A stretch of DNA of 64,000 nucleotides from Mobula hypostoma. Its lineage: Eukaryota. Positions 51,165 to 62,129 of this stretch are shown here, in pieces. The notes beneath the pieces are model-generated. The model was not told the origin of the DNA, searched no databases, and worked only from the letters and a program-made list of their open reading frames with translations. The stretch spans positions 24,552,001 to 24,616,000 of the forward strand of contig NC_086108.1 of assembly GCF_963921235.1 (NCBI RefSeq), read 5' to 3'. Position 1 is the stretch's first letter, and each line of letters opens with the position of its first letter. The position numbers and the translations under genes are program-made.

Positions 51165-51530
51165 TACATGTGCAGCAAATCTTATCAGTATTACAGTGGA
51201 GAAAAGGGAATTACAGAGACATAAGAGAGGAGTTGGCCAGAATTTATTGGAAAAAAACACTGGCAGGGACAACAGCAGAGCAGCAATGGCTGGAATTTCT
51301 GGAAGCAATTCAAAAGGCACGGGATATATACATCCCAAAGAAGAAGAAGTATTTTAAAGGAAAGATGAAACAAGAGAAGTCAAAGGCAACGTAAAAGCCA
51401 AAGTGAGGGCATAAAATAGTGCAAATATTAACGGGAAGTTAGAGGATTGAATCAGCCATGATAAAATGGCAGAGCAGACGCGATGGGCCAAACGCCTAAT
51501 TCTGCTTCTACATCTTATGGTCTTGTGTCT
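51165..51530 (+). mobile_element. CR1 fragment with the whole RT deleted (tether fused to 3'UTR)
   Basis: WRKGNYRDIREELARIYWKK...YIPKKKK, then directly ATCAGCCATGATAAAATGG...TCTTATGGTCTT. Confidence 0.85.
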
Positions 51531-51660
51531 TGTTGTCCTCACTGAGAAGAATGTAATATCCGTGTATTATATTTATATCTTAATTGAAGATAGCACCACC
51601 GAACAACACAACCAAAGGTGACCTCCTTCAGATAGTTTACAAAACTACTATTATTTCCTT

Positions 51661-51852
51661 CAAAGTTGCTGGTGAACGCAGCAGGCCAGGCAGCATCTCT
51701 AGGAAGAGGTACAGTCGATGTTTCAGGCCGAGACCCTTCCCTGAAACGTCGACTGTACCTCTTCCTAGAGATGCTGCCTGGCCTGCTGCGTTCACCAGCA
51801 ACTTTGAGGTGTGTTGCTTGAATTTCCAGCACCTGCAGAATTCCTCGTGTTC
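51661..51852. mobile_element. 192-bp PLE hairpin insertion
   Basis: 13-bp TSD CTATTATTTCCTT (51648-51660 and 51853-51865); 67-bp inverted arms at 51661-51727 and 51740-51806; PLE tail on the right. Confidence 0.93.
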
Positions 51853-53663
51853 CTATTATTTCCTTACTACTTCTTTCAAATATGTTTCTGTTACAGTTAG
51901 ATTCTGTGATACATAGAAACATAGAAACATAGAAAATAGGTGCAGGAGTAGGCCATTCGGCCCTTCAAGCCTGCACCGCCATTTATTATGATCATGGCTG
52001 ATCATCCAACTCAGAACCCCGCCCCAGCCTTCCCTCCATACCCCCTGACCCCTGTAGCCACAAGGGCCATATCTAACTCCCTCTTAAATATAGCCAATGA
52101 ACTGGCCTCAACTGTTTCCTGTGGCAGAGAATTCCACAGATTCACCACTCTCTGTGTGAAGAAGTTTTTCCTAATCTCGGTCCTAAAAGGCTTCCCCTCT
52201 ATCCTCAAACTGTGGCTCCTCGTTCTGGACTTCCCCAACATCGGGAACAATCTTCCTGCATCTAGCCTGTCCAATCCCTTTAGGATCTTATACATTTCAA
52301 TCAGATCCCCCCTCAATCTTCTAAATTCCAACGAGTACAAGCCCAGTTCATCCAGTCTTTCTTCATATGAAAGTCCTGCCATCCCAGGAATCAATCTGGT
52401 GAACCTTCTTTGTACACACTCTATGGCAAGGAGGTCTTTCCTCAGATTAGGGGACCAAAACTGCACACAATACTCCAGGTGTGGTCGCACCAAGGCCTTG
52501 TACAACTGCAGTAGTACCTCCCTGCTCCTGTACTCGAATTCTCTCGCTATAAATGCCAGCATACCATTCGCCTTTTTCACCGCCTGCTGTACCTGCATGC
52601 CCACTTTCAATGACTGGTGTATAATGACACCCAGGTCTCGTTGCACCTCCCCTTTTCCTAATCGGCCACCATTCAGATAATAATCTGTTTTCCTATTTTT
52701 GCCACCAAAGTGGATAACTTCACATTTATCCACATTAAATTGCATCTGCCATGAATTTGCCCACTCACCCAACCTATCCAAGTCACCCTGCATCCTCTTA
52801 GCATCCTCCACACAGCTAACACTGCCACCCAGCTTCGTGTCATCCGCAAACTTGGAGATGCTGCATTTAATTCCCTCATCCAAGTCATTAATATATATTG
52901 TAAACAACTGGGGTCCCAGCACTGAGCCTTGCGGTACCCCACTAGTCACCGCCTGCCATTCTGAAAAGGTCCCGTTTATTCCCACTCTTTGCTTCCTGTC
53001 TGCTAACCAATTCTCCACCCACACCAATACCTTACCCCCAATACCGTGTGCTTTAAGTTTACACACTAATCTCCTGTGTGGGACCTTGTCAAAAGCCTTT
53101 TGAAAATCCAAATATACCACATCCACTGGTTCTCCCCTATCCACTCTACTAGTTACATCCTCAAAAAATTCCATGAAATTCGTCAGACATGATTTTCCTT
53201 TCACAAATCCATGCTGACTTTGTCCGATCATTTCACCGCTTTCCAAATGTGCTGTTATCACATCCTTGATAACTGACTCCAGCAGTTTCCCCACCACCGA
53301 CGTTAGGCTAACCGGTCTATAATTCCCGGTTTCTCTCTTCCTCCTTTTTTAAAAAGTGGAGTTACATTAGCCACCCTCCAATCCTCAGGAACTAGTCCAG
53401 AATCTAACGAGTTTTGAAAAATTATCACTAATGCATCCACTATTTCTTGGGCTACTTCCTTAAGCACTCTAGGATGCAGACCATCTGGCCCTGGGGATTT
53501 ATCTGCCTTCAATCCCTTCAATTTACCTAACACCACCTCCCTACTAACATGTATTTCACTCAGTTTCTCCATCTCACTGGACCCTCTGTCCCCTACTATT
53601 TCTGGAAGATTATTTATGTCCTCCTTTGTGAAGACAGAACCAAAGTAATTATTCAATTGGTCT

Positions 53664-53803
53664 CAAACAACAGGAATTCTGCAAATGCTGGAAATTCAAG
53701 CAACATACATCAAAGTTGCTGGTGAACGCAGCAGGCCAAGCAGCATCTATAGGAAGAGGTGCAGTCGACGTTTCAGGCCGAGACCCTTCGTCAGGACTAA
53801 CTA
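53664..53803 (-). mobile_element. 140-bp PLE mini-element (hammerhead + 3' tail)
   Basis: 13-bp TSD ATTCAATTGGTCT at 53651-53663 and 53804-53816; sequence closely matches 1258-1393. Confidence 0.95.
53762..53799 (-). ncRNA. Minimal type I hammerhead ribozyme motif, intact
   Basis: TAGTC-CTGACGA-AGGGTCTCGGCCT-GAAACGTC^GACTG. Confidence 0.82.
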
Positions 53804-54965
53804 ATTCAATTGGTCTGCCATGTTCTTGCTCCCCATAATCAATTCACCTGTTTCTGTCTGTAGGGGACCTACATTTGTCTTTACCAGTCTTTTCCTTTTT
53901 ACATATCTATAAAAGCTTTTACAGTCCGTTTTTATGTTCCCTGCCAGTTTTCTCTCATAGTCTTTTTTCCCCTTCCTAATTAAGCCCTTTGTCCTCCTCT
54001 GCTGAACTCTGAATTTCTCCCAGTCCTCAGGTGAGCCACTTTCTCTGGCTAATTTGTATGCTTCTTCTTTGGAATTGATACTATCCCTAATTTCTCTTGT
54101 CAGCCACGGGTGCACTACCTTCCTTGATTTATTCTTTTGCCAAACTGGGATGAACAATTGTTGTAGTTCATCCATGCAACCTTTAAATGCTTGCCATTGC
54201 ATATCCACCGTCAATCCTTTAAGTGTCATTTGCCAGTCTATCTTAGCTAATTCACGTCTCATACCTTCAAAGTTACCCCTCTTTAAGTTCAGAACCTTTG
54301 TTTCTGAATTAACTATGTCACTCTCCATCTTAATGAAGAATTCCACCATATTATGGTCACTCTTACCCAAGGGGCCTCTCACGACAAGATCGCTAATTAA
54401 CCCTTCCTCATTGCTCAAAACCCAGTCCAGAATAGCCTGCTCTCTAGTTGGTTCCTCGACATGTTGGTTCAAAAAACCACCCCGCATACATTCCAAGAAA
54501 TCCTCTTCCTCAGCACCTTTACCAATTTGGTTCACCCAATCTACATGTAGATTGAAGTCACCCATTATAACTGCTGTTCCTTTATTGCACACATTTCTAA
54601 TTTCCTGTTTAATACCATCTCCGACCTCACTACTACTGTTAGGTGGCCTGTACACAACTCCCACCAGCGTCTTCTGCCCCTTAGTGTTACGCAGCTCTAC
54701 CCATATCGATTCCACATCTTCCTGGCTTATGTCCTTCCTTTCTATTGCGTTAATCTCTCCTTTAACCAGCAACGCCACCCCACCTCCCCTTCCTTCAAGT
54801 CTATCCCTCCTGAATATTGAATATCCCTGAACGTTGAGCTCCCATCCCTGGTCACCCTGGAGCCATGTCTCTGTGATCCCAACTATATCATAATCATTAA
54901 TAACAATCTGCACTTTCAATTCATCCACCTTATTACGAATGCTCCGTGCATTGACACACAAAGCC

Positions 54966-55753
54966 TACAGTTTGAAGCCTGTAGTGATCTACAGTTTGAA
55001 GGTGTGTTTACGGGCTGACTGATCGATTTGGTGCTTTGCTGACTCCAAAGGAAGTTCGGTGAGGTTTTGAGCAAAGTGTGCACCCTTGAGGCCAAGAAGC
55101 CCGGAGAAGGGCATGAGCCTATGATCGACTCCATTCCATGCCGGTATTGGCGATTAAAGTGTTAAGGAAGATTGAAATCAGTGAGAATGAGAGTAGAAGC
55201 TGTTCTGCACTGTCTGTCTGCATTTGACCAGTCTCTCTATTCCCTTCTCTCTCACTGCTGCTGGAGGAAGGTGCCTGTGTTCAATTGATATCTTTCTCTC
55301 TCTCTCTCTATCTCTCTCTTCTCCCCCCCCCCCCCCACCTCTCCCTCTCACTCAATACTGCAGGAAGATGGTATTGGAGACTTGGGTTTTGGGCAAGGTT
55401 TAACCGATGTGGATTGGACTCTGTAGTTCACGTTATGAGATGTTTCTGGTTGTTCAATTTTGTTGCTATTTTGTGCAATTTTGATCAGTCAACGAATGAG
55501 ACAGAATTAGATTGAACTGAACTGAGCTGAGCTGAAACTGAACTTTCCTGGACTGTTTCGATGACTGGGGTTTGATGTTCTATATTCTGTGTTTTTCGGG
55601 GGGCGTTTTTGCCATTTATACAATTTGATCCCCTTTGTAGGGTCTTTGATGTTTTTCTTTGAATGGATTCCATTGGATTTCTTTGTTTCGTAGCTGTATG
55701 GTAAGATGAATCACAGCATACATACTTTGAAAGTAAGTATACTTTGAATCTTT
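54966..55753 (+). mobile_element. Non-coding repeat with a Rex1-like tail; contains (CT)n and (AACTG)n tracts
   Basis: Ends CATACATACTTTGAAAGTAAGTATACTTTGAATCTTTGA, like the Rex1 3' ends at about 4110-4134. Confidence 0.5.
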
Positions 55754-55904
55754 GAAAATTGATAAGCCGGGGGGACTTCCAGGTCATCAAGGGAATGGCG
55801 GCGTAAGGAAAAGGTCTCTCGACAAAAAAGAAGGTAAACTGCCCCAAAATCGAATTTAGACAAATACTTAATATTGCATAACTATATTAATAAAAGGGGC
55901 AAGG

Positions 55905-56891
55905 ATGATGTCTAAGAACAAGAATAAAAAGTCCGCTTCGAAGGCTGATAAACATAAAGAGACGCAGCAAGGCAACAGGCCTAGCTCCCCCACAGCAAGC
56001 CAGGATGGAGATAATGAGGGGGAATCGGTGACTCTGTCTTTGATTCTCGGAGAGATTCGCAAGTTCCGACAAGATAACAGCAAACAGCTGGAAGATATTA
56101 AAGGAGAAATAGTAAAAACTAACTCGCGGATAGATGAAGCTGAAGCGAGGATTGTTGGAATTGAAGAGAAGCTACAAAATGCCGAGGAAGTGATAGCAGA
56201 AATGCTGAAGCTACAAGACCAACTCCAGTGGAAACTAATAGATCAAGAAGGCCGCTCGAGAAGGGAAAATGTGAGGATCTACGGAGTTCCCGAAGGAACC
56301 GAAGGTAAACCCGGATTGATGATTCCCTTTGTGGAGAAGCTGCTTAGAGAGAACCTTGATATACCGGCCGCAAAAGACCTACAGATAGAAAGGGCTCACC
56401 GCGCGTTGGCACCACAGCCTCCGGCAGGCGCCCAGCCCAGATCGATTCTGGTCAGATTTCTCAGTTACAGAACGAAGGAAGAGGTGCTTAAAAGAGCATG
56501 GCAAAAGAAAGGTTTCGTGTGGAACAACTGTAAAATCAGTTTAGACCACGACTACGCACCGGGGATTCTTGCCAGACGGAAGGAATATACGGAAACACGG
56601 AGAGTCCTGAAGGAAAACAACATCAGATTCCAGACCCTGTATCCAGCTCGGCTGAGAGTCTTTTACGACGAAGGGACAAAAACTTACGCTACGGTGGAGG
56701 AGGCAACGTCGGACCTGGTGGACCGGGGACTACCTATTAAAGTTATCACCCAACCGGAGTCGCTACTGGAGAGAATTCGGCAGAAGTCGTGGCAGTTAGT
56801 GGGGCAAGGACGCTCCACTCGAAACAGAGTGTCAAACTACAAGGAAAAGCTACAAATATTCAGACGCGAATGTACAGAGAATACAGATTAA
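55905..56891 (+). CDS. L1 ORF1p (coiled coil + RRM + CTD, Transposase_22-like), intact, 328 aa
   Basis: EGRSRRENVRIYGVPE, IERAHR, PRSILVRF, LYPARLRV motifs. Confidence 0.93.
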   Translation: MMSKNKNKKSASKADKHKETQQGNRPSSPTASQDGDNEGESVTLSLILGEIRKFRQDNSKQLEDIKGEIVKTNSRIDEAEARIVGIEEKLQNAEEVIAEMLKLQDQLQWKLIDQEGRSRRENVRIYGVPEGTEGKPGLMIPFVEKLLRENLDIPAAKDLQIERAHRALAPQPPAGAQPRSILVRFLSYRTKEEVLKRAWQKKGFVWNNCKISLDHDYAPGILARRKEYTETRRVLKENNIRFQTLYPARLRVFYDEGTKTYATVEEATSDLVDRGLPIKVITQPESLLERIRQKSWQLVGQGRSTRNRVSNYKEKLQIFRRECTENTD

Positions 56892-57253
56892 TTAAGAGAA
56901 ATGACTGAAAAGAGTAAATCGGACTTAAAAGTAAAATGAAAACTGGTAATTGAAAATAATCTAGGCGGAATAACTTGAATGATAGCAATATGGTCGAGAC
57001 ATAAATAGGAGAAAATTCTCTATGATTATTCAAACTGCTGAGGGCCCTCTAACACAGGGTGAAGATAGAGTTTATCCCTCTGAACTGAGACGGGTCGGTG
57101 CTCAGGCCTCACTGTGGGAAGTCGGGGAAAATTTTCAAATGTTATACGTTCAGAAATGTCTAGGGTGTGGTTATATGTCTTGGTTTACTGTTGAGAAGGG
57201 ATTGCTTACTGTTTGGTTAGAAAAGGAGAGTGCTTTTTTTCTACTAGAGAAAA

Positions 57254-60200
57254 ATGCAAACTGAATTGGTAAAAATAATTTCCTATAATGTTAATGGGGT
57301 TTTGAATCCAATTAAAAGAAATAAGATTATGTCTAAATTGAAAAAAGAGAGGGCACAAATAGCTTTCCTCCAGGAAACACATATGAGCCAATCTGAACAT
57401 GGAAAATTAAAAAGAATGGGCTTTAAGCATGTATTTTATTCATCATATAAATTGAGTCACAAAAGAGGGGTAGCTAGTTTAATATCAAGTACTCTTAATT
57501 ATGAACATATTTCAGAGACTAGAGACAAAGAAGGACGGTTTGTAAAAATCACAGGAAGAATAGAAGGTACAGAAATAACATTGCTGAATGTTTATGCTCC
57601 TCCAGGTAGTGAATGGTCATTTTATAGACACATTTTTGACCTAATGGTCAGTTCTCGAGGGGTAGTAATTTGTGGAGGGGATTTTAATATTAGATTAAAT
57701 CCTATATTACATTCTTCAAGAATAGTTACTCAGAATAAACCTCTGACTCGGAAAGTGAATTCATTGATGGAGGAGTTGGGAATTATAGATGTCTGGAGGG
57801 AATTACACCCTACTAGTAAAGATTATACATATTACTCTTTCCCTCATTCAGCCTATTCAAGGATAGACTATTTCTTTATCTTTAATACAGATAGACTCAG
57901 GATAAAAAACTGTAATATTGCAACAATTGATCTGTCGGATCATAGCCCAGTCTCTATGCCTCTAATCCTGGAAAGGAAAATGAGGAAAACACTATGGAGG
58001 CTAAACTCACATATACTTAATAACCCAAAAGTAATGGAGAGATTAAGGGGAGAAATCAAAGAATATCTACACCTTAATGACACGGGAGAAACATCACCAG
58101 TGATTTTATGGGATACATTGAAAGCTGTACTGAGAGGGAAAATTATTTCCATTACTACTCACATGAAAAAAATCAATGCACAAAAATTAGCAGACCTTCA
58201 AGGAAAATTAAAACAACTTCAAGTTGGATATAGCAACAAAAGTAATTCAAATCGAAAACAGGAAATTAGGAAATTGCAAAGTGAAATTGATGATATTTAT
58301 ACGTTGGAAACTCAAAGAAATTTTCTTTACCTGAGACAAAAGAATTATGAAGTAGGAGGTAAATCAGCTAGATTATTAGCATATAAATTACGAAAACAAC
58401 AAGCAGACAATACAATTCATAAAATAAAGAATCCAAAGACAAAGCTTGTGGAGAGTACAATAGGGAAAATTCAAGAGAGTTTTGAAACGTATTATTGAGA
58501 GCTGTACTCCCAACCCCGGGCCCCCAATGAGCCCTATATAGACAGTGTATTGAATTTTTTAGATCTACCTAAACTTACAGATTTACAAAATGAAAGTTTA
58601 TTAGAACCAGTAACTGTCAAAGAACTGAACGTGGCCATCTCTAGGTTAAAGGCTGGAAAGTCCCCGGGTTCTGATGGGTTTATCTCAGAGTGGTACAAGT
58701 CCCTGAAGACACAGTTAGCCCCATTACTACTTAACACCTTTAATTGGATCTTGCAGAGAGGAGAAACTCCACCTTCCTGGAGAGAAGTGATTATTTCAGT
58801 TATTCCTAAAGAGGGTAAAGATAAACTAGAATGTGGCAATTATCGGCCAATTAGTGTTCTTAATTTAGATTACAAACTATTTACATCTATATTAGCGTGC
58901 AGATTGGAAAAGCTTTTACCTGGCCTAATCCATTTAGACCAGACTGGATTTATTCAACAAAGACAAACACAGGACAACATAAGGAGAACTTTGCACATAT
59001 TAGAACAGGTTAATAAGAACGAGACAGAGACAATGGTAGTAGGATTGGACGCTGAGAAAGCTTTTGATTCGGTTAGTTGGGCATTCCTATACAGAGTGTT
59101 AGGAAGTTTCGGCTTTCAAGAAAGGTTTATTAAAGTAATTCAGACTCTGTATGACAGCCCAACAGCCTGAATTAAGATAAATGGGGACCTCTCTGACTCC
59201 TTCATTTTAGAGAGAGGCACTAGACAGGGATGCCCAATTTCTCCTCTCCTTTTTGCGCTATATATTGAACCACTTGCCCAACTAATAAGACAGAGCGAAA
59301 TCGTAAAAGGTATCAAGGTGGCAGGGATTGAACAGAAAGTGGCGTTATTCGCAGATGATGTTTTGGTCTATCTGAGTGAACCAGAAAAATCATTTATAGG
59401 ATTGTTTACACTGTTGGATGTCTTTGGGAAAATATCAGGTTATAAAATAAATGTAAAGAAAACGCAGGTTATGTCCCTAAATTATACACCATCCAAAAAA
59501 TTGCAGGATACATACGATCTTAAGTGGGAAGCTAAATCATTAAAATATTTAGGAATAACCCTGCCGAAGATCTTTCAACACTGTCACAGGTAAATTATGG
59601 GCCATTAATCTCAGAGATAAAAGCAGATATGCATAGATGGAATCTTATCCCCTTTTTAAGTTTAAATTCAAGGATAAATACTATAAAAATGAATATTCTT
59701 CCTCGGTTATTATATCTTTTCCGTACTTTACCAGTGGAGGTGGATGATAATCAATTCAGGGAATGGGACAAATGGATTTCCCGCTTCATTTGGCAAGGAA
59801 GGAAACCTAGAATTCGATATAACACTTTACAGTTAGGGAAGGAAAGAGGAGGTATGGTTCTTCCTTGCCTGAGAAATTATTTTTATGCCTCACAGATAAC
59901 CCCTCTGTTATATTGGTGTAATAGGGAATATAAGGCTAGATGGAAGGAAATAGAATTTGGATTAGTTGACAGTTTTCCTCTTCAGGCCTCAATAGCTGAC
60001 AAAGGATTGATGGCCCAGTTGGAAAAATTTAATAATGCTTGGATAAATCTTACATTAAAAGTATGGCAGAAGGTGGTTAATTCATGTGGAATTAATAACA
60101 TGCTAAAACTCTTTAGATGGTGTGCATATGATACCGAATTCCTTCCCAACAGAGGAGATAAAAGATTTGAGCTATGGATAAAGAAAGGTCTTACAACCTA

Positions 60201-61041
60201 CCTCTCATTTATAGATAAAAGAGTATTACAAAGTTTCCAAATCCTGCAGGACAAACATGGCCTAGAACATAATGACTTTTTTAGGTACCTTCAAATACGA
60301 AACTATGTTAACCAGAGTTGTAGATATACAGACCTATCAACAGTAGAATTAGAATTTTTCAAGATTCTGAATTCGGCTTGCAGTTCAATACCTAGTAAAT
60401 CAGTTTCTCGCCTATATAATGCACTCTCCCATGCGAAAAATGTAAATACACTGTATATTAAAGAGAAGTGGGAGAAAGAAGCGGGGTTGGTACTTTCAGA
60501 GGAGGCTTGGGGGAAAATCTGCAGCTTTCAATGGTCCTCGACTAATTCTTTGACTTGGAGAGAACATTGTTGGAAAAACATTATAAGATACTTCAAGACC
60601 CCATATCAGGAAAAATATAAAGATACAAATGTGATGTGTTGGAGAAGGTGCGGCTCTAGGGAGGCAAATCATTTTCATATTTTCTGGGATTGCCCTAAAT
60701 TAAGTCTATTTTGGGAAGGTATTCATAGAACATTAGTTAAGGTACTTAGGTCCCAGATACCTCTGCACTTTGAGACGCTCTATTTGGGGCATGTATTGTT
60801 CCTTGAACAGAAGGAAGATATAAAGTTGCTGCAGGCCCTCTTAGCGGCAAGTAAGAAATCAATCACTAGAAAATGGCTAAATCCAATACCACCTACATTA
60901 GAAGATTGGTACGAAATTATCTTGGAAATATTTAAAATGGAAAAGTTGACCTACTCCCTGAGAACTCAAAAAGAAACATTTTATCAAATCTGGAATAAAT
61001 GGATTGAATATATAACCCCAATGCGAGCAGACTTTAGATGA
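57254..61041 (+). pseudogene. L1 ORF2p (APE EN, RT, C-terminal Cys/His knuckle) with two stops and one frameshift
   Basis: SYNVNG, FLQETH, GGDFN, SRIDY, SDH; DAEKAFD, TRQGCP, LFADD; CWRRCG..NHFHIFWDCP. In-frame TGA at 58496 and 59168; 1-bp deletion near 59570. Confidence 0.95.
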
Positions 61042-61944
61042 CTCTCCTAATGATTTATATTGCTCTTCTCATCAACACAGTAATATTGCTAACGTAAGCA
61101 CCCCTAGTCTAAATGTTTGTTGTTGTTTTTTTTTGGAAAATAGAGAATTAACACAAGTAAAGGGAAAGATTTGGGAAAGGGATAAAAAAAATGAAAAAAT
61201 TAAGTAAGTAAGTACATAGGGATTGGATAACTATGTCTGCGGGCAGGAACAAGCACGAACAGATTGGGATATAAACACCTACAATGGTTGGTATATAGGC
61301 TTGTATGCAACATTTTGGACCAGTGGAAATGGTCCAGAAGGGTTGTATGGAAACTATTATTACCATTTTTCTTAACAACTAATTTCATTACTTAGCCTAA
61401 TAGGTTAGATTTACCACAGTACATAATTATCTATTTAAATGTTTATTTTGCTTTTATATCATCTCAATGTGTACTTAAGAATGTATAAATAATTGTAGTT
61501 TTATACATATAAAAAAATGGAAAAGGTTATATGTGTGAAAAAAGTACATGATAATTGTGAACTCCTTATCCAAATAAAAATAAAATTTAAAAAAAAGAAA
61601 ATTGATAAGCCACAATTAATATCCTTTTTTCTAAAAAGGGTGTACAGAAAAATAAAAAAAGTTGGAAATCGATATTACATGACTAATCTAGTGGCAAAAA
61701 AAATCATTTGTTATTGATATCCTTGCTTTGAATTTGATAATACAGAAAAAAATTAAAGGTTAAATCAAACAGGATTTATGAACCCATCTGAATCAGGGTG
61801 CTTTATTGGACACTGGTATAATTATATTGAATAATTAATTCATGGCTTCAATAGACCATTCGGCTTAATCTAGATGGAAAAATAATTAATTTGCCTGAAT
61901 TTAAACATAGATTTACATTTGTGCATCTTTTTTATCTAAAGGAA

Positions 61945-62012
61945 GTACATGTTTGGCAAAGCATCGTGGGCCGAAGGGCCTGTATTGTGCTGTAGGTTTT
62001 CTGTGCTTCTAT
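61945..62012 (+). mobile_element. Short CR1 3' terminal fragment
   Basis: GGCAAAGCATCGTGGGCCGAAGGGCCTGTATTGTGCTGTAGGTTTTCT. Confidence 0.65.
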
Positions 62013-62129
62013 ATTCAGTAGATTTGTTTATTTTTGTGGTACTTTATTAGATTATGGTATCTGTAAGTACCTCAGGTCATGTGTATAGCATCAGGCCATA
62101 TATCACAAGCAGGTATGGCTACAAAAACA

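Larger units (their letters stand above)
52011..54961 (-). pseudogene. CR1 ORF2 (APE endonuclease + reverse transcriptase), disrupted by a PLE insertion and a 1-bp frameshift
   Basis: Three ORF blocks; frameshift at KPG|NYRPVSL (about 53325); insertion at 53664-53803. Confidence 0.93.
51911..54965 (-). mobile_element. Young CR1 LINE, 5'-truncated at the start of ORF2
   Basis: EN ORF 53801-54961 (NARSIRNK, GITETWL, YRPP, GDFN, SDH), tether 53303-53656, RT 52011-53297 (KFADD); (TTCTATGT)n tail at 51911-51935. Confidence 0.97.
55769..61596 (+). mobile_element. Full-length L1-clade LINE
   Basis: 15-bp TSD GAAAATTGATAAGCC (55754-55768 and 61597-61611); G-run 5' end; ORF1, spacer, ORF2, 3'UTR; AATAAA at 61573 and a short poly(A). 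Confidence 0.97.

Noticed and set aside
51988..54830. Long plus-strand ORFs (230, 134 and 258 aa)
   Set aside because: Antisense shadows of CR1 ORF2.
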